Positions 1-12,898 are shown, counted from the first letter of the whole stretch. The stretch: 63,896 bases of DNA, filler included, from Pirum gemmata (GCA_002812295.1; 27 parts of 27 records of this genome joined end to end with filler, not necessarily neighbours in it); one strand, 5' to 3'. The notes: generated by a model not told the origin, from the letters alone. Numbers and translations: made by a program.

Positions 1-417
1 TATTATTATTTATAATCTTTATACTTATAATAATCATAGTATAATCATAATCTTCATAACAGCAACAGTAATGGAGATATGGGCGTTCTAGGGACCCGGG
101 TCACCATCCATATAACAATACCCATATATAAGTAATTATAAATTTCTATAATTCTTTATTTTTGACTACAATAAAAATAATAAAGAAATTAGTTATAATA
201 ACAATAAATATAAATTTAATTCCATTCTCAAAACTAGTAAAAATAATAATACGACAATAATATTTCGATTTTTAATATTAGAAAATGTCAAAAATGATCA
301 ACTATCACGAAAATTAAAATAGTAGATAAAAATAACAATAACAATATATCTAATTCCATACCCGAATCCAATAATATTAATACAATAGTTATTTAACCTA
401 TAATATAATTCATATAG

Positions 418-507
418 GAATTGGTATTTTATATCTGGCTATTTATACTTTTTCTATTGCCTTTTTTATTGCTCAACAAAAAGCTGGTCTTGGAATGGGC
501 ATAATAG
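418..507 (+). CDS. Internal exon of a probable MFS transporter (OFA/MCT-like)
   Basis: TAG acceptor at 415-417, GT donor at 508; encodes (G)IGILYLAIYTFSIAFFIAQQKAGLGMGII(G); splices in phase to the exon at 1743. Confidence 0.6.
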
Positions 508-693
508 GTATATGAAAAATAATATTACACAAAAAGATATTTTTAATTTATTAATTAAAAACTGCATTTGTTAATTAAAATGAGAAATAACAATTTTATT
601 AATATTGATTTAAAAGTTTCTCAAATTACTCTTTATTTGGTCATTTATTTAGTTGTTTCGATTTGTCTAGTTAAGTTGTTTCGAATAATATGA

Positions 694-748
694 GGTTAGG
701 GGTTAGGGTTAGGGTTAGGGTTAGGGTTAGGGTTAGGGTTAGGGTTAG
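694..748 (+). repeat. Interstitial (TTAGGG)n tract inside the MFS-gene intron
   Basis: About 9 TTAGGG units flanked by unique sequence on both sides. Confidence 0.9.
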
Positions 749-1137
749 CACACAAAAACATATGATGCAAAACCAGTAATAATAATGTTATAATATTGTA
801 TTAATATTAGTATTAGTATTAGTATTAGCATTAGTATTAATATTAGTATTGGTATTAATATTAGTATTGGTACAAGTATTAGTATTAGTATTAGCATTAG
901 TACTAGTATTAGCTATAGTCTATTAGTATTAGTATTAGTAGCTATTAGTATTATATGTTAGTATTAGTATTAGTATTATATTAGTATTAATTTAATAATG
1001 TTGTATTAATTTTAGTATTAGTAATAGTATTAGTAATACTATTATAGTATTAGTATTAGTATTAGTATAGTATCAGTATAAGGATTAGTATTCGTATTAG
1101 TATTAGTATTAGTATTAGCATTAGTATTAGTATTAGA

Positions 1138-1177
<40 letters not shown>

Positions 1178-1448
1178 GTTTATAATTAATATTGATAATA
1201 TTATTAATTAATATTAATTAATATTAATATTAATATTAATAGTATTATTAATAGTATTAGCATTAGTATTAATAATTGTATTATTAATATTAGTATTAGT
1301 ATTAGCATTAGCATTAGTAATAGTATTAGTATTAATATTTATATTATTATTTTAGTATTGGTATTGCATCTTACTGATGTTTGTATTTAGTATCAGTATC
1401 AGTATTAGTACCAGTACGAGTATTAGTATTATTATTTATATTTTCCTT

Positions 1449-1617
1449 CTTTTCAGTTGTTTTGTCATCGTAAAACATACAATAAAGAGTACCAAATCAA
1501 TCCATTTCATTTAATTTGGTATATTTTATTATCTATTTATTCATTTAAAAATGTAATTTTAAGTATTATAACAAACCAAATAAATATTCAGAGTGACAAA
1601 ATAAATGAAAAGCACAA
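1449..1617 (+). mobile_element. MITE family C copy (~185 bp, TIR TCGTGCTTTTCA, TA-flanked) in an intron
   Basis: Matches copies at ~7736-7925(-), 10009-10105, 11015-11188(-), 13503-13687(-), 13979-14200, 17344-17531(-), 22601-22787, 23905-24085, 32420-32505, 37268-37452 and 37715-37850. Confidence 0.8.
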
Positions 1618-1742
1618 TAGCTTTATAATAATACTATTATTATTATTATTAGTAATAATAATAATTAATATTATAGTATTATATTAGTATTAGTAATCAG
1701 AAACTTAATACCTGCATATTTTCTTATTTCATAAAAACATAG

Positions 1743-1964
1743 GGCTATCTTCAGGGTTATGGCCAGCTGTATTTTCTTTTTATGGACCCCCGCTCATCAA
1801 CATTGGGGTTTCTTATTCGTTTTTAATAATTTCTTTAATAACTTTAATAACAACTTCAATAGTTTACCCTTTTTTAAGCACTCCAACGGAAATTAATAAC
1901 TTAAAAGAAAAGTATGCGCACAATGAAAATCCTTGTTATGAAGGTTATGTTAATAATGACAAAA

Positions 1965-2014
<50 letters not shown>

Positions 2015-2186
2015 TACAACTATAACTACAACTATAACTATAACTATAACTACAACTACTGCAGCAACTATAGCGTAATTGATGATGCTCAAAATGAATT
2101 TAAATATAGTAATAATAATAATAACACCAGCAAAAACTACAACTACATCAACAGCAATAACGCAGTTAACAATATTCAAAAGGAAA
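1743..2186 (+). CDS. Next exon of the probable MFS transporter (TM helices then Asn-rich loop); 3' boundary approximate
   Basis: AG acceptor 1741-1742; G507+GG gives Gly in frame, then LSSGLWPAVFSFYGPPLINIGVSYSFLIISLITLITTSIVYPFL, resembling the MFS TM5-TM6 region. Confidence 0.6.
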
Positions 2187-2255
2187 GTAAAAATAGTAAA
2201 TAGTAAATAGTAAATAGTAAATAGTAAATAGTAAATAGTAAATAGAAAATAGTAA

Positions 2256-2355
2256 NNNNNNNNNNNNNNNNNNNNNNNNNNNNNNNNNNNNNNNNNNNNT
2301 TAATTAATTAANNNNNNNNNNNNNNNNNNNNNNNNNNNNNNNNNNNNNNNNNNNN
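2256..2355. other. Artificial contig-joining spacer (first of 26; others start at 4557, 7584, 9909, 12231, 14541, 16867, 19202, 21556, 24553, 26886, 29179, 31475, 33829, 36183, 38537, 40890, 43191, 45517, 47870, 50195, 52516, 54837, 57190, 59512, 61837)
   Basis: Identical 100-bp N-run/TTAATTAATTAA/N-run cassette (stops in all six frames) recurring about every 2.3 kb. Confidence 0.97.
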
Positions 2356-2512
2356 GGTTAGGGTTAGGGTTAGGGTTAGGGTTGGGGTTAGGGTTGGGGT
2401 TAGGATTAAGGTTAGGATTAGGATTAAGATTAGGATTAGGATTAGGATTAGGGTTAGGATTAGGATTAGGGTTAGTGTTAGGGTTAGTGCTAGGTTTAGT
2501 GCCAGGGTTAGG
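2356..2512 (+). repeat. Degenerate TTAGGG/TTAGGA telomere-like tract
   Basis: Direct reading; similar tracts at 12167-12230, 12331-12740, 16103-16866, 22453-22512, 29122-29178, 52616-52745 and 63777-63896. Confidence 0.85.
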
Positions 2513-3074
2513 AAAAAATAGCGCTAAAAAAAAAGCGCTAAAAAAAGCGCTAAAAAAAAAAAAAAGGTGTACCACTATCTGCAGTTAGTAAACACTTTTT
2601 TTTTACGACTCAGAGTTGGTGTTTATCAAAAAAAAAATCGAACGGGCTTTTTTTTTTGGTGAGACGACAAAAGTGAGACGACTAAAATAAGACGACAAAA
2701 ATAAGACGACAAAAAAAAGGGATTGAGATTTTTGACGATTACCACTAACTTCAGTTATAAAAAAAGTGGTTAACTAACATTGGTTCGTGCAGCGGTAAGT
2801 GCAACATGGTTAGGGGTTAGGGTAAAGGAAAAAAGGAGGAAAGAAAAAAGCGCTAGAAAAAAGCGCTAGAAAAAAGCGAAAAAAAAAAGAGTACCACTGA
2901 CTGCAGTTAGTGATCATCCTAATTATTTATTAGTTAAAAAAAAAAGGTGCGTCACTAATCACAGTTAATGACACTCCTGTTTTGCAAATTTTCGGAAGAA
3001 AGCTCAAAATGGGAATTTATTATGAAGGCTCGAAACTGATAAAAAATCGATCGCTTACTAATTTAACGTTAGTT

Positions 3075-3308
3075 AACTTTTTTTTTACTAACTGGGGTTA
3101 GTGCTATCGTAAAAAATCGAATCGGGCTTTGTTGTTGGAACTAGTGAATTTTTTTTTGGTTAGTCAACGAATGAGCGGCGAACGGAGCGAATTCACTTTG
3201 AACTCCGTTCGCCGCTCATGCGTTGACTAACCAAAAAAATAACGAGTGAACAAAATAAAGCGAGTGATTTTTTTTTACATAGCACACCCCAGTTAGTAAA
3301 CAAAAAAC
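3075..3308. repeat. Long imperfect inverted repeat (foldback) with a GC-rich core hairpin at 3151-3239
   Basis: TTGGTTAGTCAACGAATGAGCGGCGAACGGAG pairs with CTCCGTTCGCCGCTCATGCGTTGACTAACCAA (1 mismatch); outer arms TACTAACTGGGGTTAGTGCTAT / ATAGCACACCCCAGTTAGTA. Confidence 0.85.
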
Positions 3309-4173
3309 TTAATTAACGATGGTTAGTGCATTTTTACGAATTTACCCACAACATAAAGAACAATAAACAACAATAAACAACAATAAACAACAATAACAAC
3401 AAAACAACAAAAAACAACAAAAAACAACAAAAAACAACAAAAAACAACAAAAAACAACAAAAAACAACAATAAACAACAATAAACAACAATAAACAACAA
3501 TAAACAACAACAACAACAATAATAATAATAATAATAATTTTAATTATTATCTAGAATAATTATAATAATATTCCAAAACATTTAAGCGCGAAATGGGTGG
3601 CTATTTTATAATGAAAAAGAAAAAGAAAAAAATATGAAAAAGAGAAAGCTGCATGACGTCATAAATTATTAGTAATTTGATAAAAAAAAATCGCAATTTT
3701 TTTCGCAATTTTTTTCGCATTTGGGTAGTGTCACTCTTTCGCAAAAAAACCCACTTTTTACCGCAAGGCCCTCTCAGTTTTTATATTGAAAAGTGGAATG
3801 TTCGAAACTGCACAAAAATTGATCAACTAAAAACCTCAGTTAATAAAAAAAAGTTAATTAGTAAAATGCACTAACTGAAGTCAGCGAAAAATAATCGATA
3901 ATTAGTAAAAATGCACTAACCGCAGTTAGTGATGCTCCTTTTTTTGCAAATTCGAAATAGTGCAAAATGGTAATTTATTATGAAGGCTCGAAACTGACAA
4001 AAATTCGATCGCTTCCTAACTACAGTCAGCGAAAAATAATCGATGAGTAGTAAAAATACTAACCACAGTCATAACTGTAACCATAACTATAACCACCATA
4101 TAGCCATAACCATATAACCATAACCATGACCTTAGCCATGACTATAATCACAATTGTATATGTTTATTAATAG

Positions 4174-4332
4174 AATATTAAAACACATTTTGTCAGATTT
4201 CGATGATGTTCATCAGGATTACACTGGTGTACAATTAGGAAATTTAATTAATTTTATGCGCGTTTTGATACCTGAAATACATTCACATTTTGAAGAAGAA
4301 GAATTGGATATTCGAGAGTGGGCACATTCCTG
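4174..4332 (+). CDS. Exon of a TBC-domain (Rab-GAP-like) protein
   Basis: TAG acceptor and GT donor; encodes ...LGNLINFMRVLIPEIHSHFEEEELDIREWAHSW, matching the C-terminal TBC pattern P-x-L/I-x2-H-F...W-x3-W. Confidence 0.6.
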
Positions 4333-4407
4333 GTATATATGTATATTATTATTATTATTATTATTATTATGGTTATTATGGTTATTATGGTTATTATGGT
4401 TATTATG

Positions 4408-4448
<41 letters not shown>

Positions 4449-4498
4449 TACTAATATTATTATTGACATTGATGATGATGATGATGGTGAGGATGATG

Positions 4499-4549
<51 letters not shown>

Positions 4550-4935
4550 TTGTTGTNNNNNNNNNNNNNNNNNNNNNNNNNNNNNNNNNNNNNNNNNNNN
4601 TTAATTAATTAANNNNNNNNNNNNNNNNNNNNNNNNNNNNNNNNNNNNNNNNNNNNATACTAATACTAATACTACTACTAATACTAATACTAATACTAAT
4701 ACTAACAATGCTAATACTAATATAATAATAATACTAATAATAATAATAATACTAATTAATAACAATACTAATAATACTAATAATAATAAATAATACTAAT
4801 AATAATAAATAATACTAATAATAAATAATAATAAATAATAATAATAATAATAATAATAATGCTGGTTTTGGGGTTGGTTATTTCTCATAAAAATGTTATC
4901 CTAACTCTTTTAAATACATGTTATACTTATTAAAG

Positions 4936-6152
4936 GGTCTTTGAAAGTATTAAATTTTTTTCACGGTATCAGTTTACCTAATTGCACCACGCAAGCCATG
5001 GATTTTGCCGCTTTAGAAGGCCATTTAAATGTTGTTAAATTTTTACACGAACATCGCTGTGAAGGTTGTACCACTTTTGCAATGGATCGAGCTTCTGAAA
5101 AAGGTCACATGGATATTGTTAGCTTTTTAAACGAGTGTCGTAACGAAGGTTGTACAGTCGAAGCTATAGATTATGCAGCGTCCAATGGGCATTTAAATGT
5201 TGTTAAATACTTAAACGAAAATCATAAACCGTGTACCACCGAGGCCGTTGATCGAGCGGCGGAACATGGTTACAAAGAAATAGTCGAGTATTTAATATTT
5301 AATAATAATGTGGGTTGTACAGGAAAAGCTATGAATAAGGCTGCTACGAATGGATATTTTGAAGTAGTGTTATCTTTGCACGTGCACGGGAATGTGGGTT
5401 GTACCACGGACGCCATGGACGGGGCTGCATCGAATGGCCATTTTTTTATTGTGAAGTTTCTACACGAAAATCGAAGCGAAGGATGCACCACCCAAGCTAT
5501 GGATTTTGCTTCCGGAAATGGTCATTTTGATATTGTTCAATTTTTGCATCATAATCGCACAGAAAGTTGTACCCCTAGTGCATTTCAGTGGTCTAATCGA
5601 AACGGTTTTGTTGAAATCGAAAAGTTTTTACGAACCCATGTGCCTACTGCACTCCACATTAAACGGTTAAGTATGGAAGATTTAGAGGTTTATTCAGCCA
5701 TTTTTGGCCTTCATGTAACCGGTATGACAAAACCATTATTAGTTGCTCAGTTATTAGAGTTCGAAAATTCTCGAGCACAACAAAGACAACAGCAACAACA
5801 CCAGAAAATGTTGGACTTTATTGAAAGCCAAGTAAAAATACAAGGTTTACAATTTCAAGAAATACAATTGTCTGTGAGGGACGAGACCCGGAGACAACAG
5901 ATTAAAAGTCAGTCAGAAATCCATGAACTACTTCGAGTACAGCATGAAAGTTATGTTAAATTACAAAAAGATTTGCAATCACAAATAAAAAGTCAACAAA
6001 AGGTGATTGAAAAGCAAAACAAGGACCAACTGTTCTTATCCAACCAAGTTGCTGAGCTACTGGTTAAACAAGAAATGTATTTTAAGGAACAGCAACAACA
6101 ACAAAACACAATTATTGAAGGTCTATTGGAGAAGCTGAATAAACAAAGTTGA
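4936..6152 (+). CDS. Ankyrin-repeat protein (GCTTxAMDxAA-type repeats) with SAP-like motif and Q-rich coiled coil; terminal exon, 5' partial
   Basis: About 10 repeats of CTTxAMDxAAxNGHxxxVKFLHENRxEG, then IKRLSMEDLEVYSAIFGLHVTGMTKPLLVAQLLEF and a heptad-rich tail; AG acceptor at 4934-4935. Confidence 0.9.
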
Positions 6153-7218
6153 AAGTTATATTATTAAATTATGATTGCCAAAGGATCTGTACACAACTAA
6201 AAAATTAACAAAAAGTTAACAAAAGGAGGACCAACTGTTCTTATCGAACCAAGTTGCCGAGCTACTAGTTAAACAAGAAATGTATTAAGGAACAGCAACA
6301 ACAACAACAACAAAACGCAATAATTGAAGGTTTATTAGAGAGGTTGAATAAATATAAATAAGAGTTGAAAGTTATATTATTAAATTATAATTACCAAAGG
6401 GTCTATATTAATTATCGTAAATCACAAATAAAAAGTCAGGAAAAAAATGATTAGAAAGAAACAAAACAAGGAATGTAAATAGAAAACAGGAACCAGACAA
6501 ACCGGACCTGTGTATAAAATAATAATTAATTTTTGGAACGTATTGTACTGTGACAGTTGTAGTAATCAAAGTATTTAAATATACTATTAATTGTTTTTTG
6601 TTAATAGAGCAAGAATAATAATAAGAATAAATGAAAGCAGTAATTATTGTTGTGATAATAATTAATTAAATACAATATTAATTGTTATTTTGTTAATGTA
6701 GCAAGAATAACAAGAACAAATGAAAGCAGTGATTATTATTGTAATAATAATTAATTAAATATACTATTAATTGTTATCTTGTTAATGTAGCAAGAATAAT
6801 AAGAATAAATGATAGCAGTAATTATTATTGTAATGATGATAATAATAATGTAATTGTTTGGTATTATTTTGATTATGATATAGTAAGAATAATNNNNNNN
6901 NNNNNNNNNNAATAGTCGTTTAATACTAGTAGTAGGTAATAATAGCAGTGTTCTGTTATTATTATTATTAATATTATTATTGTTATTAACTACTACTATT
7001 ATTGTTATTAATAATATTAACTCATTGCTGTTGTGGTCTCCTATATTTTCATGTTATCATTTGCATGTATTATTTGTTATGTTCTCTGAGTATTATTTTG
7101 TTTATGTTTGAAAATTGTTTTATTGAATTTGTTTTTGTTGTTTAGTTTGGCATTTCCCTTTTTCTTTTTTAGTGCTTTATTTTCTTTAGTAGATTTTTAA
7201 AACTTGTTTGCTTTCAAA

Positions 7219-7583
7219 ATGAGTAACGTATCTAGCCCAAATTCTATGGTTAAAAACAACAGTAAAGATAGTGGTAATTATATCAATTTAAATAATGATG
7301 ATGTGGGCCAAGTTCCCAATGTAGAAAACAATAGTCATGATAGTGACAATGATATTCATAAGGACAATAGTGCTAATGCTAATAATAATAATAATAACAA
7401 TGATAATAATGATAATAATATATCTAACAAAGATAACTACATTCTCGGAAATAATAGAAATGTAGCAAATAATTATGACTATTATAATGAGGATAACAAC
7501 AACAACAATAATAATAATAATAATAATACTAATAATAGGAATAGTAATAGTAATAGTAATAGTAATAGTAATAGTAATAGTAA
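7219..7583 (+). CDS. 5' end of an Asn-rich protein of unknown function (truncated by contig end)
   Basis: AAAATG start; non-repetitive N-terminus MSNVSSPNSMVKNNSKDSGNYINL followed by N/S-rich sequence. Confidence 0.45.
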
Positions 7584-8231
7584 NNNNNNNNNNNNNNNNN
7601 NNNNNNNNNNNNNNNNNNNNNNNNNNNTTAATTAATTAANNNNNNNNNNNNNNNNNNNNNNNNNNNNNNNNNNNNNNNNNNNNCTCAAAATCTCAAAATC
7701 TGACGAAATCTTACATCCAAATCGGTAGCAAACAATATTGTGCTTTTCATTTATTTTATCACTCCAAATATTTATTCGGTTGGTTATGATATTTAAATTG
7801 ACTTTTTTAAATTAAATAAATAAATAATAAAATATACCAAATTAAATTAAATAGATTTATATTGTGTTAATTTGGTACTATTTATTGTATACTTTATGAT
7901 GACAAAACAACTGAAAAACACTATAACTATTGTTGAATAAAAACTTATACATAATTAATTAATAATTAATTTTTTAACTTTGATCAATCGCATAACAATA
8001 TTATTAAAAAGCTTCTTCATTGAATATTATTATTACGTAATTATTACGCTATTCATTAATTGACGTGATAAACTAAATAAAGTTGTATTATAAAATTATA
8101 TTATAAAAGAACAAAATATATACTATTTTTTATTGTGTTTTATTGAATGTTATTATCATCGTGATCAAGTTTGCTTCGTTTTCTTTGCGCTACAATGTCT
8201 TTTTCCAGGTCTGCTCTATGCTTAATATACC

Positions 8232-8619
8232 TTTTAATTCCCCAAGTTTATGTGCTTCATTCCAGCAGCTATTAACGTAGCTATAGGCCTTATCTGACTT
8301 TTCACAATCCATTCAGTAAGTTGGTGGTAAATAGCATTGACATGTACTTGTTACATGATAATACTTATGACAAGATATACAATACTTCACTGATGCAGGT
8401 GAATTGCGCTTTTTACAATAGAAGCACGTAACTTTTTCAGGAAGAGTATAGCGTTGTTTTCCTTGTGGCCTTTCTTTTACTGCTACGTTTAGGAGTGTAT
8501 TTAGCTTCTGGCGTTTCGATATTAACTTTTAAGAATGATACTGTTGGTCCCTTTCTATTTTTTTATGTTTTTTGTTATACTATGAGCGTGATCACTTTGA
8601 TCATCCTCCTCAGTACTGC

Positions 8620-8659
<40 letters not shown>

Positions 8660-9120
8660 ATTAATATTAGTATTAATATTAGTATTATTATTATTATTAT
8701 ACTTTTTAAATGGCTCTGAAAATTCTAACATAAACCTTTGGAACCCGCCAGATGAAGTTTTAATTTGTTGTGACCATCTATATATACTCTTCAATACTTT
8801 CAAGGTTTTTGATTTTATTAGTGTCCATACCAAGTAGTTGGTTTACAATATACATGTTTTTAAAAGCCATGGCAATATATTCCATAACTAACCGAGAAAG
8901 AACTTGTGGTCAAGCAACACGAAGGAAGCCATTATGTATCGTTGCTTATAATAAAACAATGGGAGGTGAGGATATTCTATCCCGGTTAATACGGTACCTA
9001 AGTCCCTCGTGTTGCTTGACCACAAGTTCTCGGTTAGTTATGGAATTATTATCCTTATTACCATTATACCCATTGGCAAGAGCTGCTTCAAACTGTTTTT
9101 TTTTAGAAGCTCGATGAAGA
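8232..9120 (-). pseudogene. Degenerate piggyBac-like transposase (C-terminal half plus Cys-rich domain); may extend to ~9822
   Basis: Minus strand gives YIAMAFKNMYIV, GGFQRFMLEFSEPF and a CRD-like CFYC...CISCHKYYH...SCWNEAH with stops and frameshifts; the motif KPLCIVAYNKTMGG(E)DIL lies inverted at 8926-9000. Confidence 0.7.
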
Positions 9121-11485
9121 TGCCGTGTCCATAAAGGCCAATTTAAAAAACCCTTTCTACTTTATCAAGCAAAATTTTAGGATTCTTTGTTGTGAGCTGA
9201 CTTTGAGTATATAGCTTTTTATCGAGCATATATGTTCTCGAAAACTCACAACTTGTTTCCTTCTCTTCTACTGTGTTATAAACAAAATTTTCTGATATAC
9301 CTGTATTGCTTTTTATATCATCGAACACATCGTCGTTCTCATATTCATTATTAGCTAGATTATGACAATGACTTAATTCTCGCTGACCATGAAGTATTCT
9401 TTATAAGAAAGATAACGTATCACCATCAAACTCCGGCCGTTTACATATTTCTTTCCATAGCACAGAAACTCCAGTTGAAGTGCATCTATATAAACGTAAT
9501 AAAAACCAAAGTGGTACATACTGAGTAGTAGAGAGCACTTCAGTTTTATCTTTTTAGTTCTAGTAACATAATTATGGTCGTCATCATGGTGATCATCTAA
9601 TATTTGCACTTCTTGTTTGAACGAACGAAGAAGCAAACCATCATCTGATTGTCGCCAGCTTTTTAAATCCGGGAGTTGTGTAAACTTGGGATTAAGTTTA
9701 TTCGGGTTCTGCCTTACACCCTCGCTCATAGTATTTGTTCTATTTCTTGAAGTTTTATATATACAACTAAAAGGAATCATGTTTCCATGATCGAGTATAT
9801 CTGAATTATGAGATAAATGCATAACTTTTCCAGGTTTTGTCCGAATTGTGTCAAATGTATTTATTATTATTATGATTATTATTATTATTATTATTATTAT
9901 TAATATTANNNNNNNNNNNNNNNNNNNNNNNNNNNNNNNNNNNNNNNNNNNNTTAATTAATTAANNNNNNNNNNNNNNNNNNNNNNNNNNNNNNNNNNNN
10001 NNNNNNNNATTTTATTATATATTTATTTATTTTAAAGTATCAATTTAAATATTATAAACAACCAAATAAATATTCATAGTAACAAAATAAATGAAAAGCA
10101 CAATATTATAACTATCATAATAATATCATTATCTTCAATATCTTGTTTATCGTTACCATAATAAATAGCGAAAAAACGTGCAAGTTTTAATAAATAATTG
10201 TATGATAAGGGAGCGTTTAAATACAGCTTCAAATACCCCTACCTACCTACCCCTTGACGTTAATTTCCGGTCAAATACCACCTACCTACATGAGTTTTGA
10301 TTGAATTGAACAAAACAAAATTTGAAAATTTCGAATTTTGGATGAAATTAGGCGCCCCTGTCAGGCAAAACTGATGTCTAAATTATTAATTTTCATTGGT
10401 CAAATTCCAAATGTTTTTGTAGACTATGAAAGACGGGTGTTTTTTTTTTTATGATGACGTAAAATTTATGTTGATTTGTGTTCGAAAATGAAAAAAANNN
10501 NNNNNNNNNNNNNNNNNNNNNNNNNNNNNNNTTTTTGCCTTTTTTTGGCAATTTTTTTTCCAGGGGAATTAATTAGTAAAAAAATCTAGATAGTCTAGAT
10601 TTACTTTTTTTAGCTTTAGTTTGGCTTTTGTGAGTTTAAAGTGGCATTATGGCAATAAAATATAAATGTTTATAGAATGGGTAATAATGATGCTATGAAG
10701 AAAATTCAATAACAAAGTTTGTTTGTTTTTTTTAAAAGCTCTAGATTAGCTTTTCAATTTAATTGGTTTAATTTTTTTAAAATTCTGAAAGTCACGTGAT
10801 GCATAAACATCGAGTTACTAGTTAACGTTAATTTTAGATATTGCCCATTTAAAAAATAATAAATATCATAATATTATTATAATAAATATGACATATATAA
10901 AAATATCTTACCCCGTTTTTGACTCGAGACAGTTTCGAAAATTAAAAATAAAAGTAATTGATATAAGCACCATTTAATCTATATATAATAAACAACTATG
11001 ATCAATATATTTTTTATTGTGACTCTGCATATTTATTTGGTTGGTTATAATATTTGATTTGATGTTTTTAAATGAATAAATAGATAATAAAATATACTAT
11101 ACTAAGCGAAATGGATTTATATGGTATAAATTTTATTTAATTTTATGATGGCAAAAAAACTGAAAAGCCTGAAAAGCACAGCACGATAATAATATTATAA
11201 TAACAACTATGATAACCCCAGTTACCCAACTTCAAGATTTACTTTATTAAATAATCAGCAATTACAAGAATATCCTTATTATATGATATATTATATTTAT
11301 CAGCGTAAATTTTACATTTTCATACAGTAATCCTTACTAAACCACGATTTAAATACTATCCAAGGAATTAAAATTAATTAAAACAGATAATATATAATAT
11401 TATTATCATTATTATTTTTTAATATTTTTATTTATCACCACCCACCAAAAAAAAAAAAACATGTGACTCATTTATTCCCATATAA

Positions 11486-11633
11486 GGGAGCGTTCAAATA
11501 CTACGTAACGCCAATTCCCAGTCAAATACAGCTTCAAATACCCCTTTAACCTACCTACCCCTCGACGTTAATTTCCGGTCAAATAACACCTACCTACCTA
11601 CCCCTTGACGTGACGTATTATTTGAACTCTCCC
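11486..11633 (+). mobile_element. PIF/Harbinger-like MITE family A (148 bp), full copy
   Basis: TIR GGGAGCGTTCAAATACTACGTAACG...CGTGACGTATTATTTGAACTCTCCC with TAA...TAA 3-bp TSD; other copies at ~10209-10290 (partial), 14232-14376, 48671-48819(-), 49704-49850 and 60909-61618. Confidence 0.85.
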
Positions 11634-11964
11634 TAATTTGGAAACTATTTATACTAATAATAATATCGTGCTTTTCAGTTATAGACTAATAATAAACTTG
11701 GGGTCTTCTGAAGTTCTGGGAGACTCTTCTGAGTCTTCTCAGCCTCTTCTGTAGTCTAGCTAGTGGCCTGTACTGGTGGGCCTGGTGGAGGCTGGAACGG
11801 TGCACAAGCGGCGGTGCTTGTAAAGGTAGTGTTGCACAACTTTCGACTAGGAATCAGATGTCTAGGATCACTAGGAATCAGATGTCTAGGATCACGTGAC
11901 TAAATTGAGAGGGCGAATAACAAAAAAAAAACCCCCCTCTCAAACTTCCTCCCACTCATGATAA

Positions 11965-12136
11965 GGATTCATAAAGAACATCACTTATTCTTTGATAAAA
12001 GTCATTGCTCGAAAGTGTGACTCAAACTGTTTTAGGCAGTGATTAATTATTAAAATGAACTTTAAAATTATGACCAAAAGTGTTTTGGACAAAGAGACAT
12101 AGGTAAGGTTAGGTGACGTCCTTTATGAATGATTCC
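11965..12136 (+). mobile_element. Harbinger-like MITE family B (~180 bp)
   Basis: Termini resemble GGGAATCATCCATAAAGGACGTCAC; copies at 13727-13911(-), 49577-49868 and 61634-61797. Confidence 0.7.
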
Positions 12137-12745
12137 TATAATATAGTATTAAATATGATGTAAATACCCTAACCCTAACCCTAACCCTGACCCTGACCCT
12201 AATCCTAACCCTAACCCTAACCCTAACCCTNNNNNNNNNNNNNNNNNNNNNNNNNNNNNNNNNNNNNNNNNNNNTTAATTAATTAANNNNNNNNNNNNNN
12301 NNNNNNNNNNNNNNNNNNNNNNNNNNNNNNAACCCTAACCCTAACCCTAACCCTAACCCTCTTAGAGTTAAGTGATGATAATAATACCTTAACCCTAAAT
12401 CCTAACTCCTAACCCTAACCCCAACCCTAACCCCACTAACCCTAACCCCAACTCTAACCCTAACCTTCTTAGAGTTAATAATAATAATACCCTAACCCTA
12501 ACTCCTAACCTAAACTCTAACCCTAACTCCTAACCCCAACCCCAACCCCACTAACTCTAACCCTAACTCTAACCCTAACCCTAACCCTAACCCTAACCCC
12601 TAACTCCAACCTAACCGTAACCACTATTATTAAAATTACTATAGGCTAGGGTTATTATCATTATCATTACCCTAACCCCAAACCATATTATTATTATAAC
12701 CCCTAACTGTAAACGTAAACGTAACCCTAACCACTCCTAACATGG

Positions 12746-12805
<60 letters not shown>

Positions 12806-12809
12806 TATA

Positions 12810-12898
12810 GACGTTAATTTGATTATTTGCATTCTTAAATAGTATATTATAGTCTTATTTTTTACTATATTAGAATGTAAAATAATCAAATTAACGTC
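12810..12898. mobile_element. Short hairpin element (~90 bp) flanked by (TA)n
   Basis: GACGTTAATTTGATTATTT...AAATAATCAAATTAACGTC arms, extending imperfectly to ~35 bp each. Confidence 0.6.

Noticed and set aside
9373..9822. 149-aa ORF as an independent gene
   Set aside because: No recognisable domain; it lies upstream of and on the same strand as the piggyBac remnant and may be its decayed N-terminal part (MIPF...NPNK is only suggestive).
12167..12740. (CCCTAA)n at contig ends read as true telomeres or nanochromosome ends
   Set aside because: Orientation is inconsistent with chromosome ends, tracts are degenerate and often internal, and contigs break at all kinds of microsatellites.
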